Under the pieces are notes generated by a model. That model was not told the DNA's origin. It worked only from the letters and a program-made list of their open reading frames with translations, and did not search any database. Of a stretch of 64,000 nt of DNA, positions 27,678 through 37,948 are shown piece after piece; positions within the stretch are counted from its first letter, which is position 1; each line of letters begins with the position of its first letter. The DNA comes from an uncultured bacterium (lineage in GTDB: Bacteria; UBP4; UBA4092): NCBI GenBank assembly GCA_964644695.1, contig CAZXWN010000002.1, positions 310,001-374,000 on the forward strand. Reading direction: 5' to 3'. The translations under genes and the position numbers were made by a program.

Positions 27678-28079
27678 ATGACGTATCAGGATGGTGGAGA
27701 GACCAAATATCCAACTGCAGTACAAGCAGCTGCGGGTAATTATCAAAAAGCCTTGTTTCTTAAAAGCAAAAGGCAATATTCTGAGGCTATTGATTATCTT
27801 CGGCTTGCCATCAAACTGAATCCCTGGGATGTTAAATATCCAATCGAAATTGCCTATTGTTATTTACACTTAAAACAACCCCGAGAAGCTTTAGATATTC
27901 TTGCTCCGCTTTATAAAAAAAATCCGCAAGATTCCAATATATTGAAACCCTATTGTTATGCTCTGTTGGAATTGGGGCGATTGTTTGAAGTCAACAATTT
28001 ATTGGAATCTTCTGCACCACTGATTGAAAAAGATATCGTCTTACAGCAGTTAAAAGAAAAAGTGAAAAGCCTGATTTGA
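27678..28079 (+). CDS. Small tetratricopeptide-repeat protein
   Basis: EAIDYLRLAIKLNP and AYCY..LKQPREAL helical repeats. Confidence 0.7.
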   Translation: MTYQDGGETKYPTAVQAAAGNYQKALFLKSKRQYSEAIDYLRLAIKLNPWDVKYPIEIAYCYLHLKQPREALDILAPLYKKNPQDSNILKPYCYALLELGRLFEVNNLLESSAPLIEKDIVLQQLKEKVKSLI

Positions 28080-28514
28080 TTATTCCTGCCCCGAAGGCCT
28101 GATTCCCGTTTTTCGATAATTCAAATAATCCAAAATGATATTTCTGTGGTCGAATGCTATTTGTTCTGGGAGGTTGTTTTCCTGGAAAACCCCAATTTCT
28201 GCGGCATCATCTGCAGCATGTGGAATCCCTTTTGCTTTTGCGATAAATACTGTGGATATAGTGTGGAGTCGAGCATCTCGTCTGGGGTCTGAATAAGTGT
28301 GAAACTGTTCCAATAAAATGACATCCAATGAAGTTTCCTCTTTTGCTTCCCGTATGGCAGCCTGTTCAAGGGTTTCTCCATAATCAACAAATCCTCCAGG
28401 GATTGCCCATCCAGGAGGAGGGTTCTTCCGAAGGATTAGAACGAGACCTTCAGTGTTTTCTAATTCAATTAGAATATCTACAGTTGGGACAGGGTTTCGC
28501 CATGTCTGTGTCAT
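28080..28514 (-). CDS. NUDIX hydrolase
   Basis: [23 protein letters not shown] Nudix box. Confidence 0.93.
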   Translation of the reverse strand: MTQTWRNPVPTVDILIELENTEGLVLILRKNPPPGWAIPGGFVDYGETLEQAAIREAKEETSLDVILLEQFHTYSDPRRDARLHTISTVFIAKAKGIPHAADDAAEIGVFQENNLPEQIAFDHRNIILDYLNYRKTGIRPSGQE

Positions 28515-28515
28515 T

Positions 28516-29820
28516 TTATTTAACTCGTTCTCCTACTAATGAATGAGTTTTTGCTTTAGTGATTTTTACAGGAATAGTATCACCTGGTTTGAGGTCAGAA
28601 TCTTTATGGAAAGCGATATGATGATTACTTCGTGATCGTCCTACCCATTGATTGTCTCGGAGTCCAGAAGGGCCATCAATCATGACATCAAATACTTTAC
28701 CCACCTGTTCTTTCATTCGTTCAAACATAATCTTGTTTTGAAGGTCAATTAATTCCGCAATTCTTCTTTGACGAGTTTCCAGCGGCAGCTGATTTTTCAT
28801 CGTTGCTGCCTCGGTACCCGTCCGTGGAGAAAACATGAAACAATAGGCATTATCAAACCGCAAATCTTGAACAAGATGTAATGTTTCTTGGAAATCCTCT
28901 TCAGTTTCACCTGGGAATCCAACGACAAAATCTGTGGTTATACCGGCTTCTGGCCAATGAGATCTTATTTGTGCCACTAGTTCTCTAAAGGCTTCTTTTG
29001 TATAAACTCTTTTCATTAATTTGAGAATCCGATTTGAACCAGATTGTACTGGAAGATGAAACCATTCACAGACCTTTTGGGCATTTTTTATGGATTCAAT
29101 CACTTTGGGACTGATGTGGCTGGGGTGAGGGCTGGTAAATCGTATCCGTTCTATCCCATCTAATTCATTGATTTGACATAATAAATCACCGAAATGTTCT
29201 TTTTGTTGACGCCATGCATCCACATTCTGGCCCAGAAGAGTTATCTCTTTATATCCTTTATCAGCCAGTTTCCGGCATTGTTCAACAATCTCAGAAGAAG
29301 GTCTATTTACTTGTGGACCCCTTGTTAATGGGACAATACAGAAAGAACAATGATGATTGCACCCCTCCATGATACTGACATAAGCTCGAACCGTATCTTT
29401 TCTCAGGACCACATCTTCATGGGTATAGGGGTCATCGAAACCTGTTTTTACGAGAGGTTTTTTTGTTTGTTGGATAGTATGTATGAAAGATCCAATCTCA
29501 GGAATTTGCCTTGGCCCCATAACTAAATCCAGATAGGGAACTTTTTTTAAAAAAGCCTGCCCATGCTGTTGCCCCATGCATCCACATATACCAATAATTA
29601 AATTGGGATTTTGTTTTTTTATGGGTTTGAGTTTGGACAGATGCCCCATTAAACGAGTTTCTGCCGTCTCTCGTACTGAACAAGTGTTAAAAAGGACTAT
29701 ATCCGCGGCTTCCAACTCTTCAGTAAAAGCATAACCTTCACGTTCCAAAAAACCAGCCAAGCGCTGACTGTCATACTCATTCATTTGGCAACCAAAAGTA
29801 ACAATGTGAACCAGAGGCAT
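28516..29820 (-). CDS. miaB: tRNA-2-methylthio-N6-dimethylallyladenosine synthase
   Basis: [29 protein letters not shown]-like C-terminus. Confidence 0.95.
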   Translation of the reverse strand: MPLVHIVTFGCQMNEYDSQRLAGFLEREGYAFTEELEAADIVLFNTCSVRETAETRLMGHLSKLKPIKKQNPNLIIGICGCMGQQHGQAFLKKVPYLDLVMGPRQIPEIGSFIHTIQQTKKPLVKTGFDDPYTHEDVVLRKDTVRAYVSIMEGCNHHCSFCIVPLTRGPQVNRPSSEIVEQCRKLADKGYKEITLLGQNVDAWRQQKEHFGDLLCQINELDGIERIRFTSPHPSHISPKVIESIKNAQKVCEWFHLPVQSGSNRILKLMKRVYTKEAFRELVAQIRSHWPEAGITTDFVVGFPGETEEDFQETLHLVQDLRFDNAYCFMFSPRTGTEAATMKNQLPLETRQRRIAELIDLQNKIMFERMKEQVGKVFDVMIDGPSGLRDNQWVGRSRSNHHIAFHKDSDLKPGDTIPVKITKAKTHSLVGERVK

Positions 29821-29914
29821 TAATGATGTCCTTAAAAATAATGGATTCTATTAAAATTGTAACTTACCGCTCTGACATGGACAATCTTGGTGGACCGGAA
29901 TCAAGCCCAAATAG

Positions 29915-29957
29915 ATAACCGGATTATTATCTAAAAAATTGATAATAATCCGGTTAT
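29915..29957. terminator. Perfect 17-bp inverted repeat downstream of the mannose-6-phosphate isomerase gene
   Basis: ATAACCGGATTATTATC-N9-GATAATAATCCGGTTAT; no strong U-tract. Confidence 0.5.
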
Positions 29958-29975
29958 GGTTCTTTTTGAAGGTAA

Positions 29976-30989
29976 CTATTGAACGAGGGGGATATCCTTT
30001 GCTCCGATTAAAATGATTGAATTATTCTCTTCTCTCGGTTTTAATGTGATTTCACCAATATCAGCTGGAAGGATAACTGCATCTCCATCATGTATTGAGA
30101 ATGACTCACCTTTGGCATGTAATATATATTGGCCTTCCATAGCAAAAAATACCTGAACTGACCGTGGATCAACCGTCCATTTATGAGCATCGATCAATGA
30201 TAGTCGTTCAATACGATGGGATGACGTATTCACCAATAATTCGTGTTTTCCCCAAGAAGTATTGGTGGCATTTGTTTTGACTGGGCCGGGATTTGTATTA
30301 TTAAATTTAATGGCCTTTCGGGATTCATCTAAATGAAGCATTCTTGGTTTTCCATTATTTCCTAACCGGTCATAGTCATAAATTCTGAATGTTGAATCAG
30401 AAGGTTCTTGAATCTCCAGAAGGAGGACTCCTTTACACAAAGCATGGACTGTTCCTGGCGGGATTCTATATACATCACCTGGCTGAACCGGATATCTTTG
30501 CAGGCAATCAAGAATGGTGCCATTTTTTAAAGACTGCTCATACTGTTCGGAAGTAATTTCTGGTTTAAATCCCTGCAGAATTGATCCTTCAGGATCTGAT
30601 TGAATTATTATCCATGATTCGTCTTTAGAATGATCTTTTGGGAAGTATTGTTGGCATGCTTCATGGTCAGGATGAACTTGAACTGAAAGGTCATCTGTGG
30701 CGTCAAGAAGTTTTATTAATAACGGAAACTTGCCGGAAGTGTAATGTCCTTTCCAAGTCGTTCCAATCAACTGTTCTCCCATGATACGGGTCACATCAGT
30801 TAATGATCTTCCAGCATAAGGACCATTGCTGATTTTGGATGATCCTTCCGGCAAATCTGCCGTAATCCATGCTTCCCCAATTTTGATTCCGTGTGGTAAT
30901 AAATAATCAAAATGCTCCTGCAGTTTACGCCCCCCCCATATTTTAGCTTTCATCAGGGGTTCACATAGTAAGGGATAGGATTCCGGCAT
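29976..30989 (-). CDS. manA: Type I mannose-6-phosphate isomerase
   Basis: IWGG, FPLLIKLLDA, LSVQVHP, KDESW, PGTVHAL, EIQ..SDSTFRIYDY. Confidence 0.88.
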   Translation of the reverse strand: MPESYPLLCEPLMKAKIWGGRKLQEHFDYLLPHGIKIGEAWITADLPEGSSKISNGPYAGRSLTDVTRIMGEQLIGTTWKGHYTSGKFPLLIKLLDATDDLSVQVHPDHEACQQYFPKDHSKDESWIIIQSDPEGSILQGFKPEITSEQYEQSLKNGTILDCLQRYPVQPGDVYRIPPGTVHALCKGVLLLEIQEPSDSTFRIYDYDRLGNNGKPRMLHLDESRKAIKFNNTNPGPVKTNATNTSWGKHELLVNTSSHRIERLSLIDAHKWTVDPRSVQVFFAMEGQYILHAKGESFSIHDGDAVILPADIGEITLKPREENNSIILIGAKDIPLVQ

Positions 30990-31183
30990 AATCTGTTACT
31001 CCTTATAATTTTGATATTATCCAAACCTGATAGAGTAAGCTCCGTGGGTATTCACCGAAGTTGCACTCATTCTAAGTCAATTTAAGAAAAAATTAAACTA
31101 ATTCATGTCATCGATAATGAGTCCATATTTTTAACTCAGTCATGTGACAGTGATAGAATATTCAAGATTTAGTTGGAACTCAA

Positions 31184-31603
31184 TTGAAAAGACTGCTAAA
31201 AAAAATAGATATATGGACAAATCAGTATCCACAGACCCTTTATTGGGGGCCAGTGGTGTTTATCTGTATATTAATATTTTGGTTGTCGAACCAATCTAAA
31301 TTACCTGATGTTCCTGTCCGTATTCCACATTTAGACAAAGTTGAGCATTTTCTTACATACAGTTTGTTGGGCTTTTTTGTGCGGCGTGCCTTTACCCACA
31401 GAACACCACATTGGAATTCTATTTTCTCTGCCATTGTATTTTGCCTTTTATTCGGAATATCAGATGAATTTCATCAAGTCTTTGTTCCTAACCGTCAAGC
31501 AGATATTTTTGATCTTTTTGCTGATATTCTGGGTGGGATTCATGGCCAATGGTGGTATGCTCAATGGGTGGAATATGCAAAGAAATGGTCATGGTATGAA
31601 TAA
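31184..31603 (+). CDS. VanZ family membrane protein
   Basis: DKVEHF..Y..LG; DEFHQVFVPNR..DIFDLFAD. Confidence 0.85.
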   Translation: MKRLLKKIDIWTNQYPQTLYWGPVVFICILIFWLSNQSKLPDVPVRIPHLDKVEHFLTYSLLGFFVRRAFTHRTPHWNSIFSAIVFCLLFGISDEFHQVFVPNRQADIFDLFADILGGIHGQWWYAQWVEYAKKWSWYE

Positions 31604-33590
31604 GAAAATAATGAATAATCAAACATCTAATATTGAATCTGGCTGCAATGTGAAAGCTAAGTCTTTATTGACTGCTCTGATGTATGGTGGTTTTGCTGTT
31701 TTATTAGCCCTTGCACCTCTACTGATTTCTGCTTTATTTTACAGTGGTGCAGTAACGACTAAAATAATCTGGTGTAGATTGGGTGTGTCAGTTTTATTAG
31801 GGCTGTTTGGTGTTAACTTATTATTCTGCAAGAAAATCCAATATAACCGGTTTGGGATGACTCCTGCGTTTTTAGGATTGGCAATCTGGTGGATATTTAC
31901 TTCTATGACTCATGGTGACGGGCTATGGGGCTGGACTGATGCCTTGAGTGGGCTGCTCTGGATTCTTGCCGCCTTAATTTTGGCTCAGCTTCCCTGTCAT
32001 AAAAAAGGCATTATTTGGATTATATATGGGATTGTTTTAGGCGGTTTTCTTGCTGCTTTATATGGTCTTCTCCAGTACATGAATATGGATATCCTTAACC
32101 TGCAATGGTTTGGCCGGAAAATGGTCGGAAAAGATATTATGATATCCACTTTTGGCAATGCAAACTATTTTACATCTTACCTGCCCCCTATATTTATTCT
32201 AGTTTTATCGTGGATCATTATTACTGGAGCGAAAATATGGGAGAAAGTTGTTGGACTGGTAATTTTAGTTGTACTGAGTTGTTGTATTGCTCTTTCTGGA
32301 GTGCGAACCGTTTGGATAGCTTTGCCCATATCTTTGACAATATGGAGTTGCCTGGCATGGTTTATAAACAGGAAAAAGCAACATGATATCCACGAATCAG
32401 GTAAGACTCGTTCAATTATTTGGAAAAATCCTTGGATTTGGGGCAGTGTCGTTGGTGTAATTGTATTCATTTTTACACTTCAACAATTTAAAGCCTATGA
32501 TTCCGACTGGCTACGATTGCGAATTAAATCACTCAGTAATATTCATGAATTGGAAGAACGCTTTTTGGTTTGGCAAGTAACAATGCAAATCATCAGAGAC
32601 AATCCAATTCAAGGTATAGGTGCAGAACAGTTTCCTGCTTCCTATTTTCCTGAATTAGCAAAATTTCTTAGTAAAGAAAATGCCAATCAAGAATATAAAG
32701 CAGTCTTGACCTTTATCAATGGTCGCAATGCCAATCATACCCACAATGATTATTTGCAATTAGCTGCTGAAGGTGGGTTGGTTTATATCGCCATATTTTT
32801 CTGGTTGTTGGCATCGTTTTTTTATTTGAATATCAAGGCTTTGTTTATAAGTCAAAGCCGATTATGGCAAATACGGCATCTGGGATTGATTGTGGCTGTT
32901 ATTCCATTTTTGTTTGATATGATGGTCAATTTTCCCCTGTATCTTCCCGCAAATAGCCTTCTTTTGGGGGCATTAATTGGAATTACTTTGCTTCATCTAC
33001 GATATTCAGATATCGAAAGTATTGAAAAGGAGCTAGCTCTCAAACCTGCTTTAAGATGGGTAGTTATCACAATATTAACAGTTGTTGTGGGATTGGGATT
33101 ATATGGTACAACACGATATGCCTTATCACAGTTCTATTTGAAACAAGGAATAACTGCAATGCAGTCATTAAAAGGATCAGAAGCCTTATATTCTCTGCAA
33201 AAGTCTATTTATTATGACAGAACAAACGCTCAAGCCCATATGATGATGGGAAAATTGCTTGGTGTTGCTGGGTATGTACAACCAGCTTTGGAAGAGTATA
33301 TGTTGGCTGAAAAATATGGTGTTGATGATTTTGAAGTTTATTCAGACCAGGCAATATTTTTGTACCAACAACATAATTACCAAGCCGCAGTTAATTGTCT
33401 TCAAAAAATGGTTTTATACTCCCCTAATCATCCTCTTGCACATAAAATGCTGGCATTGATTTATTCTCAATACTTACCTGACAAAGACAAAGCCATTGTA
33501 CACATTGAGAAATATCTTGCTTCAGGGCCTGATATTAAGGAAAAGAAATGGTTTCAGGACAAACTGACAGAACTGCAAGCCGCACCTTAG
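31596..33590 (+). CDS. O-antigen ligase/O-oligosaccharyltransferase-like (Wzy_C) membrane protein with C-terminal TPRs
   Basis: STFGNANY, ERFLVW, PIQGIG, HTHNDYLQ and a TPR tail. Start moved to ATG 31596, overlapping the vanZ-family stop. Confidence 0.82.
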   Translation: MNKKIMNNQTSNIESGCNVKAKSLLTALMYGGFAVLLALAPLLISALFYSGAVTTKIIWCRLGVSVLLGLFGVNLLFCKKIQYNRFGMTPAFLGLAIWWIFTSMTHGDGLWGWTDALSGLLWILAALILAQLPCHKKGIIWIIYGIVLGGFLAALYGLLQYMNMDILNLQWFGRKMVGKDIMISTFGNANYFTSYLPPIFILVLSWIIITGAKIWEKVVGLVILVVLSCCIALSGVRTVWIALPISLTIWSCLAWFINRKKQHDIHESGKTRSIIWKNPWIWGSVVGVIVFIFTLQQFKAYDSDWLRLRIKSLSNIHELEERFLVWQVTMQIIRDNPIQGIGAEQFPASYFPELAKFLSKENANQEYKAVLTFINGRNANHTHNDYLQLAAEGGLVYIAIFFWLLASFFYLNIKALFISQSRLWQIRHLGLIVAVIPFLFDMMVNFPLYLPANSLLLGALIGITLLHLRYSDIESIEKELALKPALRWVVITILTVVVGLGLYGTTRYALSQFYLKQGITAMQSLKGSEALYSLQKSIYYDRTNAQAHMMMGKLLGVAGYVQPALEEYMLAEKYGVDDFEVYSDQAIFLYQQHNYQAAVNCLQKMVLYSPNHPLAHKMLALIYSQYLPDKDKAIVHIEKYLASGPDIKEKKWFQDKLTELQAAP

Positions 33591-35455
33591 AATATATATA
33601 TAAATCTATATTAGTATTTCTTCTGGTTGGGACACCCATGGTTATATATCGGCCTGTTTATTTAGCGCCGATTAATAGTAAGTTATTCTATTTATTGTTT
33701 GTTATTTTGCTTACATTTATTTTATGGTCTGGCAGAGCTTTGTGGAGAGGTTTACGTTTTCATTGGCATCCCATTCAATACCCAATAATAGGTTGGATTT
33801 TGTATCTATTGGGGAGGATTGTTACTCATCAATATCCTGATCTTGGGTTCAATCAAAGTTTCATGTGGCTTGTTCTTGGTTGTTGGGCACTTTTATTATC
33901 TTCGGTGCTAAAGGAATATAATCTAAAAAATTGGGTACTTAACTGTCTACTAGTTGGAAGTCTATTTGTTTCAATACATGCCATCCTTCAGTATTATGGA
34001 TATGAATTTCCATTTCTTCCTTGGAAAGGTTTACCTCCGCAATTGAAAGTAATGGATACTATGGGGAATCCAAATTACTTGGCTGAGTTTCTTCTTATGA
34101 TGGTTCCATTGGGATTTTTTTCAACGTTTTCATCCCATTCAAACTATACTCGATATTTGCATGGAATTATTACTGTCATAATGGCCTTTGCATTATGGTT
34201 AACTGGATCCTATGAAATATGGGTTGTAATACCTGTTCTGATTACGGGGGTAATCGTTGGCTTGTTTTTTCTGATTTATGTGGAATCTTCAAGGTGGATT
34301 ACTCGTCTTAAAAAGAGTTGTTTTATATTTGGAGGCATAATCCTTCTGATTATTGCTGGAAATTTTGTTTCGAGATATTCCGATCAATGGCAGTACTTGA
34401 AACAACAACCGAAACTGACATTTGAGATGTCCCATTATCTTGAACGTTTTTTAATATGGGAAGTAGCACAATCAATGATTGTACAAAAACCGATTTTGGG
34501 GTGGGGTGCTGGTAGTTTTCGAACCCACTATTTTGACCAATTAGCTTTATTTATGCGAGACCCTTCTCACAATGCTTATCGAACTTCAGCTATCTCAACT
34601 GCCGGCAGTAATGCTAATCAAGCACATAATGATTATCTGCAAATTGCAGTGGATTGGGGATTAATAGGTTTTGGTCTTTATTTGATGATTTGGGTGGCTT
34701 GTTTTTATTACCTTATTTGTACATTGTGGAAATCTCAATCAATCGAGAAAAAAGGTTTAATTCTTGGACTCATGGTTTCTTTTTTGATGGTATTGTCTGA
34801 TGGTATGGTGAATTTTCCTATATACCTTCCAACTAATGCTCTTTATATATGGACACTCATTGCATTAACTATGAATATAACAGCAGATGATGTTCCATTG
34901 TATTCAAGTAAGATGAATCCATATTTGGCTTTGGGAGTATTTGGGATCTCATTGTGGGCTGCCATTGTTTTTATTCCAAATTTATATAAAGCTAATGTTA
35001 TTTATAAATCAGGGACAAAACTAATGGCCTCAGGCAAAATCAATGATGCCAGTCAACAATTTATAAAAGCATTAAGTTACGATCAAACTCTGGGTGTTGC
35101 TCACCTTCGATTAGCACAATGTCAACTCCAATTGAGGAAGCCCAATGAAGCTTTTCAGCAAGCCTTTCTCTCATTTCGCTATGGAAGTGATGATGTGGAA
35201 CGATACTATACTGCCGCAGAATCCTGTCTGGCATTAGGTGAACCGCAACGCGCTTATGAAATACTGGATTCAGCTTTGATGATATATCCTCGTTATATTG
35301 AAGCGATACGGTTGCAGGCGGTGATTTTAACCGATTATTGGAGGCATCCTGACTGGGCAATTCAAAAATGGACAGAGTATCAACATGTTGCTGGTACGGA
35401 TGAGGCAACATCTGAATCGTTGAACAATATCAAAACACTTCAGAAAATAAAATAA
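33548..35455 (+). CDS. Second Wzy_C-TPR membrane protein (tandem paralog)
   Basis: TMGNPNYLA, ERFLIW, PILGWG, QAHNDYLQ and a TPR tail. Confidence 0.82.
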   Translation: MVSGQTDRTASRTLEYIYKSILVFLLVGTPMVIYRPVYLAPINSKLFYLLFVILLTFILWSGRALWRGLRFHWHPIQYPIIGWILYLLGRIVTHQYPDLGFNQSFMWLVLGCWALLLSSVLKEYNLKNWVLNCLLVGSLFVSIHAILQYYGYEFPFLPWKGLPPQLKVMDTMGNPNYLAEFLLMMVPLGFFSTFSSHSNYTRYLHGIITVIMAFALWLTGSYEIWVVIPVLITGVIVGLFFLIYVESSRWITRLKKSCFIFGGIILLIIAGNFVSRYSDQWQYLKQQPKLTFEMSHYLERFLIWEVAQSMIVQKPILGWGAGSFRTHYFDQLALFMRDPSHNAYRTSAISTAGSNANQAHNDYLQIAVDWGLIGFGLYLMIWVACFYYLICTLWKSQSIEKKGLILGLMVSFLMVLSDGMVNFPIYLPTNALYIWTLIALTMNITADDVPLYSSKMNPYLALGVFGISLWAAIVFIPNLYKANVIYKSGTKLMASGKINDASQQFIKALSYDQTLGVAHLRLAQCQLQLRKPNEAFQQAFLSFRYGSDDVERYYTAAESCLALGEPQRAYEILDSALMIYPRYIEAIRLQAVILTDYWRHPDWAIQKWTEYQHVAGTDEATSESLNNIKTLQKIK

Positions 35456-35465
35456 GAAGATTTAC

Positions 35466-37193
35466 TTATTCCCTCTTCTTAAGTCTGTTTAATCCAACAA
35501 TCACTGGTGCTGCAGAGCAGAATAAATTCAACAACACAAGCACAACCAATGGAAGAATAAAGCTTTTCCAGTTAGAAATGGTGATGATGCCTTTATTCAT
35601 ATAATAAGCAATCATTGGTTGAGCGGTCAGAACAACAGCAGCCAAAAGATATACCAGACCCGCAACAACGGTAATTATGGCTCCCGTTCCGGTAGCCAGT
35701 TGCATGGGATTTTCAACATTGAAGGTAGGAAACATTCCTCCAAAACCTGTTGCCATGGCTGTCAGTGATATGGCCATCATCAAAACAGAAATAAAAGTAA
35801 TCCAACCTAAAAAACTGTCCACGACTAATAGATGATTTGCTAATAATATGAGACTGGTACCTACAGACAGCATTGTTATTAATGCTAGTCCAAATTTGGT
35901 CCAGAATAATTTATCCAGACTAAAGGGTGAACTTCTGATGACCCATATAATCCTGCCTTCCAAAGATATCATTGTGAATACAAACCTCATCGCCAAATTT
36001 GACAAGACGAACCCTACTAAAGCTAGATTAAATATTCCCAGCAAACATTTCAAGGGTAATCCAAATACTTCTTGCTTCATGAAGCCAGCAGCACCGTTGT
36101 TAATGATACTTCTTGTATTGTATAAATATATCCCGACAAGAGCTATTAATAATGTGAATTGTCCCCATTGGGTCAAGTCTCTCCAGAATATTTTAAAATC
36201 CTTTATGATTACAGAACGGACCGCAGGGCTGAAAAATCTTAGTGGAAAGAAAAGAATTTGATCATAATTAAACACCTTACGAGATATTGTACCTTGAACA
36301 GATTCGCAGGTTTTGGTCCATCCCGGGAAATAAAATACGGAAGCTAATTGGCAGGATAACTGAATCGTCAGTGCTGCTGTTGTGTATAAGAGTCCAAGAT
36401 TGAATACCAAATCGGGAATATTCCTATTAACGGCAGCAATAAAAACCTGGTTAATCCAGTAATTTGGTAAATATGGATTTGTTGTTAATGTCAGATTAAA
36501 CAATATTTTCTCAACACTCATCATGGTGGCATTCCATGTTAATCCAGATGTTTGCTGAATCATTTTTATGAAAAACATGATTCCAACGAAGGATAATCCA
36601 TATAATGCCGCAATCATGGTCCTGGCCCTATTGGCGGGAAGAAAGTATGCCAGTATTTGTGTAATCAAAACTGCAGAAGCAGCACAGATTATTAAAAAAG
36701 GAATACTACTTATGATGACCAGCGGATAAAAATACCAAGGTGCTTTTAAAGCAGTCCCGTATGCAAAAAATATCGGCATACCAAAGACAATGACAGCCCA
36801 TGACCCATAGTAAACGGTCAGGATAAATTTATCAAAGAATATGGATACAGGTGAAATTGGGCGAGCATGTAAACTGGGGAGATCTTTTGATAAATAAAGA
36901 GTGGATAATGCGGTTATTAAGTCACTAAATGTTGTTAACATGAAAAGAGCCAGGAATAAGAAAGCCATAATGCGTTGAATAAGGATAGTACCTACAGTTT
37001 CGATAGATAAAAAGAATCCTGCAAGATATCGGAAGAAATAATATCCACCTATCCAGAAAAAAAATAATAGGCCCAACATAAATATAAAAGAAAACCAGTT
37101 TTCGGATGTGAATGACTTAAACCAATTTCTCCAAATTCTAAATCGGATAAAGTGTAATGAAATAATGTTGGAGATGAGTGAAGATGAAATCAT
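35466..37193 (-). CDS. Putative ABC transporter permease subunit
   Basis: Polytopic with duplicated halves (LYLSKDL..L...P; KDFKIFWRD; SLEGR..W...SSP); coupled to the adjacent ATPase. Confidence 0.8.
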   Translation of the reverse strand: MISSSLISNIISLHFIRFRIWRNWFKSFTSENWFSFIFMLGLLFFFWIGGYYFFRYLAGFFLSIETVGTILIQRIMAFLFLALFMLTTFSDLITALSTLYLSKDLPSLHARPISPVSIFFDKFILTVYYGSWAVIVFGMPIFFAYGTALKAPWYFYPLVIISSIPFLIICAASAVLITQILAYFLPANRARTMIAALYGLSFVGIMFFIKMIQQTSGLTWNATMMSVEKILFNLTLTTNPYLPNYWINQVFIAAVNRNIPDLVFNLGLLYTTAALTIQLSCQLASVFYFPGWTKTCESVQGTISRKVFNYDQILFFPLRFFSPAVRSVIIKDFKIFWRDLTQWGQFTLLIALVGIYLYNTRSIINNGAAGFMKQEVFGLPLKCLLGIFNLALVGFVLSNLAMRFVFTMISLEGRIIWVIRSSPFSLDKLFWTKFGLALITMLSVGTSLILLANHLLVVDSFLGWITFISVLMMAISLTAMATGFGGMFPTFNVENPMQLATGTGAIITVVAGLVYLLAAVVLTAQPMIAYYMNKGIITISNWKSFILPLVVLVLLNLFCSAAPVIVGLNRLKKRE

Positions 37194-37948
37194 AATTCCG
37201 TTTCTTTCAATTCATGTTCTTCTTCAGTTAATTTCAGGAAGATGGATTCAAGTGAAACATTCTGTGCAGATTGAGATTTCTGCTTTATTTCATTCAAAGT
37301 TCCGGTAATAAGCAACTCACCCCGATGGATAATGCCAACACGATCACATAATTCTTCAGCAACACCCAGAATATGCGTGCAAAGAAATACAGTAACACCT
37401 TCTCTTGTTTTTTCTCTCATTAGATCTTTTACTTTACGGGTACTCTTAGGGTCTAATCCAACCATGGGTTCGTCAATAATCAGTAACTGTGGATGGTGTA
37501 ACATCGATGCACTCATGACCAATTTCTGCTTGGTTCCATGCGAATATCCTTCTGTTAACCGGTCTATGAAGGATTCCATGGCAAAGAAGGTGGTCCAATA
37601 TTCAATTTCCTGACTCAGGGTTTTCTCACTTAATCCATACAATCCCCCGACGAAATAAAGGAATTCTCTTCCCGTGAGTTTGTCATATATGAAGGCGTCT
37701 TCTGGAACATAACCGGTCATGGCTTTTGCTTCACGAGGTTGATGGGTGATATCATATCCACCAATCCGAACTTGGCCTGATGTCGGTTTTAATAGGCCAT
37801 TCAAGATTTTAATGGTGGTTGTTTTTCCTGCACCGTTAGGTCCAAGGAATCCGAATATTTCTCCATTTTTAACTTCAAGATTGAGATCTAATACCGCCGC
37901 TTTTGTATCAAATTTTTTAGTCAAATGTTCTATCTCAATTACGGCCAT
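37190..37948 (-). CDS. ABC transporter ATP-binding protein
   Basis: GPNGAGKTT, YSHGTKQK, IIDEPMVGLDP. Confidence 0.93.
   Translation of the reverse strand: MAVIEIEHLTKKFDTKAAVLDLNLEVKNGEIFGFLGPNGAGKTTTIKILNGLLKPTSGQVRIGGYDITHQPREAKAMTGYVPEDAFIYDKLTGREFLYFVGGLYGLSEKTLSQEIEYWTTFFAMESFIDRLTEGYSHGTKQKLVMSASMLHHPQLLIIDEPMVGLDPKSTRKVKDLMREKTREGVTVFLCTHILGVAEELCDRVGIIHRGELLITGTLNEIKQKSQSAQNVSLESIFLKLTEEEHELKETEL

Noticed and set aside
31341-31595. Long 5' extension of the first Wzy_C gene
   Set aside because: It overlaps the well-supported VanZ-family gene in another frame; ATG 31596 gives typical translational coupling.
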